A stretch of DNA of 64,000 bases, from contig OZ024741.1 of assembly GCA_964016885.1 (NCBI GenBank), forward strand, positions 84,444,001-84,508,000, written 5' to 3'. Of this stretch, positions 12,321 through 28,500 are shown piece after piece. The stretch is from Eledone cirrhosa (taxonomy: Eukaryota). A program made the translations under genes and the position numbers. Every line of letters begins with the position of its first letter. The first letter of the stretch is position 1. The notes beneath the pieces are model-generated. The model was not told where the DNA came from and ran no database searches. It saw only the letters and a list, made by a program, of their open reading frames with translations.

Positions 12321-13437
12321 TCTTCCACTATATCTCTTTTTCACTTCTCTCACTTTCCATCATTCTCTAGAAAAAGTCTGCTGAAATCGGGTCAGGGGTT
12401 GAGCTATGCCAGCCCTTAAAATGCCCAGGAAACACCGTATTTAGATGCGGTGCCCCTCCGACTCCATCAGCAGTTACGGGACCATACCCTACCATGGCAG
12501 TCTATAAATATTTCCATTAAAATAGTAAGAACAATATTAACTAGCTAGACTTCCCATAGTTACCGCTTGTCTGATATTGAACTATTTGGATGCTTTAATG
12601 TTCCAAGCATTAAAAAATCAATTCTTGTTTCTGTTTTTTGTTTTTAACAAATATTTACTTTTGATATGATATTGTTATCAACGTGTTCCTTCTCTCTGTG
12701 ACGCATCCAGATGAATCGACAAATTGCGAATGCAAAATGCAGAATTTGCAATTTTTAATAAAGTAAAATTAAATTATCCTGACACAATTTTAATAATGTA
12801 AAATTTATTATATAATTTCATGAAACTGAATGCAATAATTGTAATTGGATGAATTATACAGCCCATATAATTATTGATTAAATCATATTAACGAATAAAC
12901 GCTCAATTCTTATGACTAGAATTTCACAACCTTAACAAAATTCGCCGTAAGGAGCAAACTTGTTGGAGAGTTTATCTGTTTTCTAAGGATATTATGATGT
13001 AGCTCATTTACACTTGATATAATAATTAATTACATTACATCTTCTTTCGAACATTTTAGTTAATCTATGGCGATGTGTGTATTGGACCTCCGTCTGTTTC
13101 AGCGACGAATATTTCAGTTGTTCGAACTTCAGAACATCCTACTCGTGAAATGAACATTCATGTGAAGGTGTATTTCACAGACACGTGAACTCATAATGTT
13201 GATCTGAGGACGATTCCCGATGAGACAGTATAATTTTCTCTCTCCCAAATTCTTTCTTTTCTCTATTTTCTTGTTTCAGTTTTTATGATATGACTATATC
13301 ATAGTCTGATTGCTATTGTCTTCGTGTCATTTCAAACTCTGAGTGAGACTGATGTTCCTAATCATAAAGCCACACATCATCACGTGTGAAGTTTAATATT
13401 TCAAGTAATTTGGGTATGGAAAAGTTGATTAAATCGA

Positions 13438-13590
13438 AGCCAGTACTTGACTAATAGATTATTTCATCCATTCCAAAATGATGGAAGTCAACGGTGTCCT
13501 CAGCAGGGTTTGAACTCAGAACGTAAAGAGCCGGAAAAATTATGCTACTCATTTATTCCACACTCAAATTAATCTGCGATTCACCGCCCC
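13438..13590 (-). mobile_element. Degenerate tRNA-derived SINE
   Basis: Minus strand GGGCGGTGAAT...TCCGGCTCTTTACGTTCTGAGTTCAAACCC...AAGTACTGG. Confidence 0.6.
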
Positions 13591-14067
13591 TATGCAATTT
13601 AATACTAAATATTATTTGAGTTGATGAAAAGAGATTTATTTTGGACAATTGTTTAATGTTTTGCACATTATTTCTGACCTCTTATATAGAGAATCGTTTT
13701 AACATTTTGTATTAACTTATGTTCATCTAACGGTTCATTTATAATATAGAGTAGGTTTTGACTTATACGATTTAGTCATAAAATAATCTGCTTATTCACC
13801 AGCATATAAGGGAAGCACAAGAAATGTTCAAATTGATAAGAACACTGAATTGAATTTTAGAGTTATTTAGATATGTTTAATCGACATTCTAATTCAAAAT
13901 TAATTACTTTATTATCTTAGGTTACTCCGCACAAGTATATATTTGTAAGTGTGTTGATGATGCTGTTGTTACTATTGCAGTTACTAATCCCATTATGAAT
14001 CAACCCGTTTTCAAAAATTTATATTATAAATAATCTAATTAATGAGCGATACAATTTTACTTTCCTC

Positions 14068-14500
14068 TATGTTCCAATGGGTGAACATTGGTAGCGGGGA
14101 ATGCTTGTGGAACAGCATTTTTTGTGTACATAACGGATTTGTCTGTCAGACAAGGCTATCATAAAAAATCCTGACCGACGTTTTTTCCCAGGAAACTGGA
14201 GGCTATAACAACGGTGGCTGTGTGGTGGAGATGATTGAAATAAATGAAGACAAACAATTTCCACTTTGGCCAAATCTTTATCAATTTCCTTATAAGATTT
14301 CACTAAGGAGGTCAGATTGGTGTTCGAGCTGTTGCGCCTTGAGTAAATTTTCTGAAAGGTGAACGAATCATCATTGGAATAAACGACAAACAAAAACATG
14401 GGTATGAATGATCAATAACCCCCACGCACCAAGGCACAAATAACTATCAATTGTTTCAGGTGCCACTTGTATGGTGAGAATGGAATTGGTGGTATTTCCT
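14068..14500 (-). mobile_element. Possible very old Gypsy-type pol relic (integrase Zn-binding region)
   Basis: Broken-frame peptides FNHLHHTATVVIASS and DRQIRYVHKKCCSTSIPRYQCSPIGT loosely resemble HHCC integrase N-termini; weak. Confidence 0.25.
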
Positions 14501-15115
14501 AATAGCGGTCACCCTGATTATAAGGTATTTCCTTAAAACTTTAGTAAGGTTAGTTACTAAGTTGACCCCCTCTGAAAATAATAAAAAGTAGAAAATAAAG
14601 AAAGAAGGTTGCAAAGGCAACATAATTTTCTTTTCGTTGATGGTTGACTAGTCAATTTGTTGATGATGATTGCGTATTACAAGCCAATTGTAAATAATGT
14701 AATCTATTAGTGTCTGAATGTCATAATTCTTTGTGTAAAGACATCTGAATTAGATTAGAACATTAATGACAAAAGTTAGAACAAACAATCACCAAATATA
14801 TTAATGAAAAACAGAAGACGAAAGACATACAGAAAAACAAAGGCGAAATAAATGAAAATAACAATCAAGAAAACCAGAGTCTAAACTAATTTGATTGAAA
14901 ACTCATTCTAAATCAGCAGACCTAAGACGCATTTTATTTATAAGTACGTACACAGACACACACACACATACATACACACACACACACACACACATGCACA
15001 CACACACACACAAACACACCCTTATATATATATTGATATTTATATACAAGAGTTTGTGTATATGTACATATATATATATATATGTGTATATATATATATG
15101 TATATATATATATAC

Positions 15116-15236
<121 letters not shown>

Positions 15237-15248
15237 CACATATATATA

Positions 15249-15446
15249 ACGAAGGAGGTGTGGTAAGGAACCAGATGGACATTAACGCACCAGAGTACTC
15301 AATACTTAGGGTAGTAGAGTGGGTAATAGGAAAATGTTTAATCCCGACGGCAGATCTCAAGCCGTTTCGACGGCTATTGCTGGACTATTTAGTCCAGAAA
15401 TAGCCGTCGAAAAGGCTTGAGCTCTGCCGTCGGGGTTAAACATTTT

Positions 15447-15451
<5 letters not shown>
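15249..15451 (-). mobile_element. Short fold-back insert in (TA)n carrying hammerhead 3' halves (family F, copy 2)
   Basis: ~62-bp inverted arms 15326-15387/15390-15451; first ~80 bp align to 11669-11750. Confidence 0.78.
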
Positions 15452-15489
<38 letters not shown>

Positions 15490-15579
15490 CTGTCTACGGC
15501 CTGTGGAAATTACAAAATCAACGAGATGATGTGAAACGAAAACAATGCACAGATTAAGACACCTCATAAACACACACAC

Positions 15580-15642
<63 letters not shown>

Positions 15643-15751
15643 AATATTAACAAGTATCAGCTAATATCATTTAACATAGTATTATGTCTAAATGAAATAG
15701 GTAAAACAAAAAGGACAAACATTATTGTTGTCACCATTATTATTATTATTA

Positions 15752-16090
15752 CTCTTCCCAGCATTTTGTTGAAAGATGGGTGAGAGAAGCAAGTATGGCC
15801 CGAGTGAATGGGCCTACTCTCAGTATGTGTCTGTAAATTAAAGGTGGAAAATTGGGAGAGGGAACTTGCCCTGGTGGTCAGGGTCGCTGTGGCCTTTTAA
15901 TGGGCTTTCTCCACAAATGTTCCTCGGAAGTCCCCGCCCCCCTTATTGGGGAATTTTTCATTGTTATTTTTTGTTACATCCTCTGTTTTTGTTTTTTACA
16001 CGCAGAAATGCCCATTTGTACCCTCCTGTATTGTCCTCTACTGTCCTTAATGTCTATTTTATGTAAACCCTTGTGGTTAATAAAGAAAGC
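15752..16090 (+). mobile_element. 3' stub of a Tx1/L1-like LINE related to 469-2568
   Basis: Translates FVERWVREASMARVNGPTLSMCL* vs FYERWVKVARMAQVNGPSLYISL*; ends CCCTTGTGGTTAATAAAGAAAG; flanked by (TTA)n on both sides. Confidence 0.85.
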
Positions 16091-16107
16091 ATCATCATTA
16101 TTATTAT

Positions 16108-16169
<62 letters not shown>

Positions 16170-17417
16170 TCTGGTAAGTAAGAATGATAAATAATTATTA
16201 CGTACGGTTTGCAATGAAAATATCATTCAAACCAATCAATAAAAGTAGGAATATTGAAATGTCTACAAAGATGAACAGACAACTAAAAAAATATAAATTA
16301 GTAATACAAAAACAACAGTAGTAACAACCTCAGCTATAAAACAACAGCAATAACAGTAACAACAACAACGACAACACGATAGAAATAAATCGCCTACCAA
16401 CAATCGAATCGAGGGTAGATTATTCAATAAATGCTAATAAGATCTTAATTGACAATCTGGTTAAATTTCTCTCGATTTGTATGTTTATTTTCCATTTGAT
16501 TTTTGTAATATTTTTGTAGTTGTATTTTCATTTAAATTTCTGTGCAGTTGTATTTGTTATTATACATACATGTATATATTTTTTTTTTTTTTCATTGCCA
16601 GTGTTAGCATTTTTGTGCTGCATTTGTGTTATCAGAAATTTGACGTAGTATCATTTATGCAATACAAAATGCCATTTGTATTTCTGAATTTGTCTTCTTT
16701 TCTTTTTCTCTCCGTGTTTTTATATTTATTTATTTTAAAAACATGGTTTTTGATCAAGTGTGTGTTGGAGGGAGGAGTGACCGTCTTACGTGCAGGTGGC
16801 TGAAGATTTCACTCATATGTGTTCTTACACAGAATGTAACGTCTGGCTTTTTGAACTCCAGGTACAAATCATCTTTTCGAGGAGCGTAGAATGGAACAAC
16901 ATTAAACCAATTGTCTTGGTGTGTGAGACTCGATATCTTTGTCGGTTTATGTGTGTGGCTCCCCAAAGTAAACTGAAGAATACATGCCGAGTGAATGCCT
17001 GAGATTGTGGACCTCACACATCCTAGTCACACTACCGGACACTGATTGCAGTGCCTGGGTAGGAATCACGTGATTGATGTTTCCTTGGAAAAACGAAGAT
17101 GCTCTGGGATAAAATACGCTGCCGAGCCCCGAAATCAGAGCCTATCGATCGGACACCTTCAGTAATTAAGTACATAGAATTGCACGAAGAAACACATAAT
17201 CTCCATCAGGTACCTGCTGGAGCACACATGCACACATACACAAACAAACAGAGAGAGAGAGGGGAGAGAGAGAAAGAGAGAGAGAGAAAAGGGTCTAATG
17301 TATACGCAAAATCAGAATTTAACTGGATATGCTTTTTCCTCATAAAAGCGTTATAAACACCCATAACTTTTCTAGCAAGATAATAATACTAAAATTACCT
17401 TCCCAGCGGTTTTGAAG

Positions 17418-18748
<1,331 letters not shown>

Positions 18749-18986
18749 ATTGAAAAAAGTTAAAAATGAAAACGGGCCATGAAACATTCGACCAGGCTTA
18801 CTGTATGGAAAGCAAAGACAAAATTGCAAACATTTAATAAAAATCGAACTATAATAAACATACTAAAATGTCCCTGGGAGTTTCAATAATAATACTGAAA
18901 CGAAGCCTTCGGATATGACCAATGTAACTTAGATCGTCTTCCTACTCACTCAATATATATATGTGTATATGTAGGTGTGTATGTGT

Positions 18987-19038
<52 letters not shown>

Positions 19039-19093
19039 GTGGGAAAGTAAAAAATCGGAGAATAGACTGTTAAAATATGTTTATTTAAAACAC

Positions 19094-19134
19094 CACCTAC
19101 GTACGTTTCGCCCAATTGGGCTTCTCAAGGGCAT
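19094..19134 (-). ncRNA. Minimal hammerhead, U3-A8 variant
   Basis: ATGCCC-TTGAGAA-GCCCAATTGGGC-GAAAC-GTAC-GTA-GGTG; short stem I. Confidence 0.7.
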
Positions 19135-19738
19135 AAATAATGAAAAGTGTTCCTTATATTGCTCGGACAGAGTTTTTGGGGTTAAATCCACATCAAGGTT
19201 CATTGCTCGCAAAAATAGCTTGTGTTGATTTTGCAGCAGGTCAAGGGAGGTAACTCCGGCCGGTGTTAGGGCAGTCTTTCCCGGAAAACTTTTTTTTTTT
19301 TTTGCCGCATCTGTTTGTCTGAGGCTGGGTCTGGTATGCAAGGGTTGTTTCCTGGGTGTTATTTTGCAGCGCCTGCCCGCCAGGGTATTAGGACTTGTTG
19401 CAGGGAGATCCGGTGTACGGTTTCACTCCTCATCCTTAATCCATCTGAAGAAGCATATTTTTAAGCGATGTTTACAACTTATCGCTGTTTCAGCTCTGCT
19501 GTTGATGAGCTCGTGGGGTGCAGTTATGATGTGGTAGAGCTCCATGAGGCAAAGATCGCATTTCCTCTTGAAAAAAAAAAAAAATTGTCCGGGAAAGATT
19601 GCCCTAACACCGGCCGGAGTTACCTCCCTTGACCTGCTGCAAAATCAACACAAGCTATTTTTGCGAGCAATGAACCTTGATGTGGATTTAACCCCAAAAA
19701 CTCTTTTCGAGCAATATAAGGAACACTTTTCATTATTT

Positions 19739-19780
19739 ATGCCCTTGAGAAGCCCAACTGGGCGAAACGTACGTAGGTGT
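19739..19780 (+). ncRNA. Minimal hammerhead, U3-A8 variant (inverted copy)
   Basis: ATGCCC-TTGAGAA-GCCCAACTGGGC-GAAAC-GTAC-GTA-GGTGT. Confidence 0.7.
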
Positions 19781-19994
19781 TGTTTTAAATAAACATGTTT
19801 TAACGGTCTATTCTCAGATTTTTTACTTTCCCACGTGCTTACGCTCTGCTAACTCTCTAGCCCACTAAATATTAACACTTCGAATATTTAATACTGCCGG
19901 CACTAGTATCGAGCACCTTTGGCATACGCTACTTGGCAAATAACTATATGTATCACCTATCCTCCCCTTTTTTCTCTTTCTCGATACGTAAATA

Positions 19995-20088
<94 letters not shown>

Positions 20089-22489
20089 ATATATATATAT
20101 ATAAATATGTATATATATATATTTACATGTAAATATATTTGCAAATATATGTATAATATTTATGGTTTATCAGAGATTAACTGAGAGATAAGCTTCTCAA
20201 TTTATGTTCAAAGAAAAAATAAAAATTGATTATATGGTCACATATTACAGCTAGGCATCCACATACAGACACACACACACCCACACATACACACACCCAG
20301 ATATATATATATATGTGTGTGTTTGTGTGTGTGTGTGTGTGCGTGCGTGTGTGTGCCTGTGTGTGTGTATAATATGTTTATAAGCTAGTAAGTGTGATAA
20401 TGGACTCCTAATATAACACCTTATCTTTACGACTAAATGCTCTAAATTGATATAAAGTACTTATTTAAATTTAAAGCCAGCAGGCTAGTCGAAATGCAAT
20501 AGTCACCTTGTTCAAATACAACCCATACAGAAAAACATAACCGGAGTATTTACATCGACAAAAATATTCACTCTCACACACCAATCATTTTTAGATGGAT
20601 CTTGAGTATCTCATCATTCAATAGAACTGTAAACCTGTATAACAAATTAATGGAGTGTAATGGATTACGAGAACCACCTCTATCTTATCAAAACCAATAA
20701 ATGCTTGAGTGCAATTACGCTGGCTCAATCATCTGTGGTACCTGAACATGAGATCCAATTCTGGGGAGACGTCTTTAAATCTGCTTCGGAAATATTTCCA
20801 TGAACGACATATAAATCGTAAAGTATATAAGCAGTAAAAAAAGTTTTATGATAATTATGATTACTATCATCGCGTGTAATAGATACCACAAACTACGGGA
20901 TTTTTCCATGAACATAGATACAAATTCCGTGCATATTTGTAGCGAATGGGTTGAGTGAGACTGAAAAAGTAAAGAGTTATGCTCTGTGAAACAATGAGCA
21001 ACCAAACTACAACTAACAGGAATGTGTGAGTGCAGGTTCAAGAGTCGGTTTTTAAACCATAGATCAAGCTATAGATAGATATACTGAAAATGAATCAACA
21101 AAGCATTATTAAACCTCATATAGCATATAAAAGGCATTAACATCTTAATATCATCTTGTCTATAAAGCACATTAGCAGCATGTTAATAATCTTTTGAAAC
21201 TTGTGTGGGATTTGTATCGATAAACATTCATTGATCTCACCAGAACAACACACAATTTCAAGACATCTGTAATAAAGTGATAGCATAAAACCCATCATTC
21301 CTTCAAATGACAACCGAATTATCGTTCAACGAGGATATAACTGGAAACATGGGCACAAAAAGGAAATAATAGTAACACGTTGATGAATACCAGCAGGTAG
21401 TGCCTCTTTTCTACCAGGTATCCCATCTGAGGTATGTCCAAAGATAGGGAGAAGAATCTGAGTAACGGAATGGAGTAAACTAGAACTATAAAACTGTATA
21501 TTAAATACATTGAATATTTTCCACCACGTGGTATTCAATAAGTATCCACTCCTTAGTCTCCAAGACTCATATTCAGAAACTTGTGTTGTACCCGTTAAGT
21601 CTAAGTTAATGCAACTCTTATATATATATGTATGTGTGTGTGTGTGTGTGTGTGCGTGTGCGTGTGTGTGCGCGCGCGCGCGCGTATGAATGTGTATCGA
21701 AAAAGAGAAATAAAGAGTGGTTTGTTTATTTGTTTGTCTTTAAGATTACAAATTATTCTTAAGACTTCTAAAACAGAAATGATTATGCAGATTTCCTTTA
21801 GAAATATGCTCAGAAAAACATTTTAAATTGACTACATTTGCAGACAAATAACATTTCTTGCATTTACTTTTCATTTAATATGAGTTGTAAGTATTTCTCT
21901 CGGTGGTGTTGACAGCAGCATGACATCAAACGGAATCTAACTGGAATTTCGTACAGCGATATCCATTATCTGTCTAAATATATCCGTCATGACGAAGAGG
22001 ATGATAATGTCGGCGGAAACTAGATAAATGAGGGGTTAAGACAAACTAGGCCGACAATTCCTAACAAATTATTACTGCCAACTATATTACACAACCTATA
22101 AAATCTGGAATTTAAAATAGTGTTGCTGTTGCTATGTCACAAACTCGCGTATTTTTAATCGACCGACTATAATGTTATATCTCCTAGATAGTCACTCTGC
22201 TATCTTAATTATAGTGAGCCCAGTCCTTTCAGGAGAAATATAAGGTTAACTTTAGAATGAAAATATTGATTTCTAGCAACACAAGTTCAATGCCACCTAT
22301 GGTAGAATATAGCCTATTAGTCGACCAATTACATAAATAATACTTTATTTTATCGAACTAGCTACGTTGAAAGTTAATATGTTAACATATATAAGCATAC
22401 AGGTACATACATATACATATATATACACATACATACATACATAAACCTACATATACATACATGCATACAAACACACAGACACACACACT

Positions 22490-22982
22490 CTCCCATCCCG
22501 TCTGGCTTTCGGCTGACTGCCACGGACGGGATGGGTAGCAGTAAACTATCGTACAGTCCTGAATGGGTCATTGTTTGGCTGAGGGGGGAACTGACTAAGC
22601 GAATTGCGTTGAAATCTGCGGTAGCTAATGCTCAACTTCCTCCGGACCTGCGCCTGCGCAGACCGGTGGCGGTGAATTGGTACTCACAGGGGAACGGATG
22701 AAGAACCCAAAAGCACACACTTCGTCCGTTCCCATGTCGATTCAATTTGGATTGCCTCGGAAACATAACCTTATTATGTAACAAGCTGCCTGACGATGTC
22801 GCGAAGCTGGCACACAGAACAGTGTGGATACTGTCGCCATTGAAATATATATCGCAGCATTATTATTAAAAAACTTGAACATCTGAGACTACTTCGCTTT
22901 TCCTTATTCGATATTTACTCCGTCACACCTATGTGGAATAAGTACGATGAGTGCTTGAATTGAATTGCATCAATGTCTAGGT
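22490..22982 (+). mobile_element. GC-richer, hairpin-rich non-coding HHR element between (CA)n and (TA)n
   Basis: Hairpins 22492-22535 and 22690-22733; HHR at 22785; ATTAAA after the HHR. Confidence 0.65.
22785..22858 (+). ncRNA. Type I hammerhead with extended stem II
   Basis: GCTGC-CTGACGA-[TGTCGCGAAG..CACAC-AGAACA-GTGTG..CTGTCGCCATT]-GAAA-T-ATAT-ATC-GCAGC. Confidence 0.82.
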
Positions 22983-23057
<75 letters not shown>

Positions 23058-23140
23058 ATAATAATAAATTTGAAGACTAAAATCCAAAGAGGGCTCGATA
23101 AGGATAAATATATATCAAATATATAAGAACTGTAGACCAA

Positions 23141-24140
<1,000 letters not shown>

Positions 24141-25079
24141 TTAGAAATGTTGAAATAAAAACACAAAAATCGCTATGAATAATAATAGCTTTAGAAAATC
24201 GGGTAAAATAGTTTCAGTGACATAGATAGTGGCTAGCGGTCACCCGACTTACTAAAGTTATTATCGTTTATATTATAACATTTAATGTGTTTGGATTTCT
24301 ACAGGAATATTTTATGATATATTTGTTGAAATTTTGGGGACACAATTTAAGAAATCTTGAGGAAAATTCTGAAATTCTGAAATTATATTACGCTGCGCCT
24401 TTTCATTCGGTTGGAACTAAATGAGTTTTACCTGTAATTAGATGGCGAGCTTTGTCACGCTCAGTGTCAGGAACTGGCTGTTTCGTTGATCGATCAACTA
24501 GAACAGCCGTCCTATATGCCCGGCGGATGACCAACCACACACACATACACATCCACTTATCCATTCCAATAGATGCGGGAATTCTCCAATTCTGTCACAG
24601 TTAAATCAATATCCTATTGCTACCAAATATTGAACCACGAAGTACGATCGTCACATGTTCTATTATTTTTATGTTATGAGTCAAGATGTTATTAAGGTCT
24701 TTTGTCCAGTGTTACTAGACATAGATTTTAGTTATGTTTGGTCTTGTGATTCCGAGGCTGTGTAGGCAATAGTCAAGAACATTAACATCACATTGATTAC
24801 ATAATGTAAACGAATCTAGTAAAAAATACTATATCAAAATCGTACGCATGGAATGAGCAATTTATGTTACGAATGCTGAATGGAAGGAAAATATCCTCTT
24901 AATGTCGGGTCACAGGTCACATTGAGATTCAGAAAGTACATCTATTGAAATGAGAATATATCATTATATAAAAATTGAAAGTAACAGCAATAGCTGTCAG
25001 CCATTTTTCATAAATAAGAGAGATTTTGCAGAACCAGATGAGTCCATACCAACATAAAACAATATAAATATAAATACTA

Positions 25080-25400
25080 ACATTTGCTATAACAACATTA
25101 ACAACAATAACAACACCATCAATAAGAATGAAGACACTGCAATAAAACAAAACGCCACCACTACCACAACCACGACTACACCAATAACGCAATGAACAAG
25201 AAGACGAAGAACAACGCCAGTAAAGCCACCACCACCAACAATGAAATCACTACCAGTAGGAATAACAACAATAGAAACGACACCAACAGCAACATTTTTC
25301 ATCACTATCACCACAGCAACAAGAGTAACAGCAACAAAACAACAATAATAGTAACAAAAAAGCCACATATTTTCATTAACGTCCAATACTTCGAACTATA
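25080..25400. repeat. AAC/ACC-rich low-complexity flank
   Basis: Degenerate (AAC)n/(ACC)n. Confidence 0.7.
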
Positions 25401-25527
25401 AACAACCGTATTAAATATCTCTACGAGAATAACACAAAACTATTTTTCGTGAATAGGTGGTAAAGGGAAGAGTAACGAGATGTTGAACAATGTGTAACGT
25501 AAAAAACAAGGACAACAGTTCAACTAG

Positions 25528-28500
25528 CAACATCACCACCAAAGGTACAACTGTCAACACCACCACCAAAGGTACAACTGTCAACACCACCACCAAAGTA
25601 ACAACCATCAACACCACCACCAAAGGTACAACTGTCAACACCACCACCAAAGGTACAACTGTCAACACCACCACCAAAGGTACAACTGTCAACACCACCA
25701 CTAAAGGTACAACTGTCAACACCACCACCAAAGTAACAACTGTCAACACCACCACCAAAGGTACAACTGTCAACACCACCACGAAAGATACAACCGTCAA
25801 CAACACCACCAAAGGTACAACTGTCAACACCACCACCAAAGGTACAACTGTCAACACCACCACGAAAGGTACAACCGTCAACAACACCACCAAAGGTACA
25901 ACTGTCAACACCACCACCAAAGGTACAACTGTCAACACCACCACTAAAGGTACAACTGTCAACACCACCACGAAAGATACAACCGTCAACACCACCACTA
26001 AAGGTACAACTGTCAACACCACCACCAAAGGTACAACCGTCAACACCACCACTAAAGGTACAACCGTCAACACCACCACTAAAGGTACAACCGTCAACAC
26101 CACCACTAAAGGTACAACCGTCAACACCACCACTAAAGGTACAACCGTCAACACCACCACGAAAGGTACAACCGTCTACACCACCACTAAAGGTACAACC
26201 GTCAACACCACCACTAAAGGTACAACCGTCAACACCACCACGAAAGTTACAACCGTCAACACCACCACCAAAGGTACAACTGTCAACACCACCACGAAAG
26301 GTACAACCGTCAACACCACCACGAAGGGTAGAACCGTCAACACCACCACGAAAGGTACAACCGTCAACACCACCACGAAAGGTACCACCGTCAACACCAC
26401 CACTAAAGGTACAACCGTCAACACCACCACTAAAGGTACAACCGTCAACACCACCACGAAAGGTACAACCGTCAACACCACCACTAAAGGCACAACCGTC
26501 AACACCACCACTAAAGGTACAACCATCAACACCACCACTAAAGGTACAACCCTCAACATCACCACTAAAGGTACAACTGTCAACACCACAACTAAAGGTA
26601 CAAACATCAACACCACCACTAAAGGTACAACCATCATCACCACCACTAAAGGTACAACCGTCAACACCAGCACTAAAGGTACAACCGTCAAAACCACCAC
26701 TAAAGGTACAACCGTCAACACCAGCACTAAAGGTACAACCGTCAAAACCACCACTAAAGGTACAAACATCAACACCACCACTAAAGGTACAACTGTCAAC
26801 ACCACCACTAAAGGTACAACCATCAACACCACCACTAAAGGTACAACCGTCAACACAACCACTGAAGGTACAACCGTCAACACCAACACTGAAGGTACAA
26901 CCGTCAACACCACCACTGAAGGTACAACCGTCAACACCACCACTGAAGGTACAACCGTCAACACCACCACTAAAGGTACAACTGTCAACACCACCACCAA
27001 AGGTACAACCGTCAACACAACCACTGAAGGTACAACCGTCAACACCAACACTGAAGGTACAACCGTCAACACCACCACTAAAGGTACAACCGTCAACACC
27101 ACCACTGAAGGTACAACCGTCAACACCACCACTGAAGGTACAACCGTCAACACCACCACTAAAGGTACAACTGTCAACACCACCACCAAAGGTACAACTG
27201 TCAACACCACCACTGAAGGTACAACCGTCAACACCACCACCAAAGGTACAACCTTCAACACCACGACCAAAGGTACAACCGTCAACACCACCACTAAAGG
27301 TACAACTGTCAACACCACCACTAAAGGTACAACCGACAACACCACCACTAAAGGTACAACCGTCAACACCACCACTAAAGGTACAACTGTCAACACCACC
27401 ACTAAAGGTACAACCGTCAACACCACCACTAAAGGTACAACTGTCAACACCACCACTAAAGGTACAACTGTCAACACCACCACTAAAGGTACAACCGTCA
27501 ACACCACCACTGAAGGTACAACCGTCAACACCACCGCTAAAGGTACAACTGTCAACACCACCACTAAAGGTACAACCGTCAACACCACCACTAAAGGTAC
27601 AACTGTCAACACCACCACTGAAGGTAAAACCGTCAACACCACCACTAAAGGTACAACTGTCAACACCACCACTGAAGGTACAACCGTCAACACCACCACT
27701 GAAGGTACAACCGTCAACACCACCACTAAAGGTACAACCGTCAACACCACCAGTAAAGGTACAACCGTCAACACCACCACTGAAGGTACAACCATTAACA
27801 CCACCACTAAAGGTACAACCGTCAACACCACCACTAAAGGTACAACCGTCAACACCACCAGTAAAGGTACAACCGTCAACACCACCACTGAAGGTACAAC
27901 CGTCAACACCACCGCTAAAGGTACAACTGTCAACACCACCACTAAAGGTACAACCGTCAACACCACCAATAAAGGTACAACTGTCAACACCACCACTGAA
28001 GGTACAACCGTCAACACCACCAGTAAAGGTACAATTGTCAACACCACCACTAAAGGTACAACCATCAACACCACCACTAAAGGTACAACTGTCAACACCA
28101 CCACTAAAGGTACAACTGTCAACACCACCACTAAAGGTACAACCGTCAACACCACCACTAAAGGTACAACCGTCAACACCATCACTAAATGCACAACCGT
28201 CAACACCACCACTAAAGGTACAACCGTCAACACCACCACTGAAGGTACAACCGTCAACGCCACCACTAAAGGTACAACTGTCAACACCACCACTAAAGGT
28301 ACAACCGTCAACACCACCAATAAAGGTACAACCGTCAACACCACCACTAAAGTTACAACTGTCAACACCACCACTGAAGGTACAGCCATCAACACCACCA
28401 CTAAAGGTACAACCGTCAACACCACCACTAAAGGTACAACAGTCAACACCACCACTGAAGGTACAGCCATCAACACCACCACTAAAGGTACAACCGTCAA

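Larger units (their letters stand above)
19037..19946 (-). mobile_element. Penelope-like element, second family (E): EN C-terminus between ~265-bp inverted pseudo-LTRs
   Basis: Minus-strand translation ~19569-19423 KRKCDLCLMELYHIITAPHELINSRAETAISCKHRLK...*; inverted repeats 19037-19302/19571-19836. Confidence 0.87.

Noticed and set aside
16750-17215. Possible terminal host exon on the minus strand (CAG|GTACCTGATGGAG..., YLMEIMCFFVQFYVLNY*)
   Set aside because: Short, no recognisable homology, no partner exons identifiable
20480-21600. Possible ancient LINE relic or host exon
   Set aside because: Only vague motifs, and all frames are interrupted
23066-23125. TTGAAGA...TAAATATATATCAAAT as another hammerhead
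   Set aside because: Core and GAAA both altered and stem II unconvincing; AT-rich chance match is plausible
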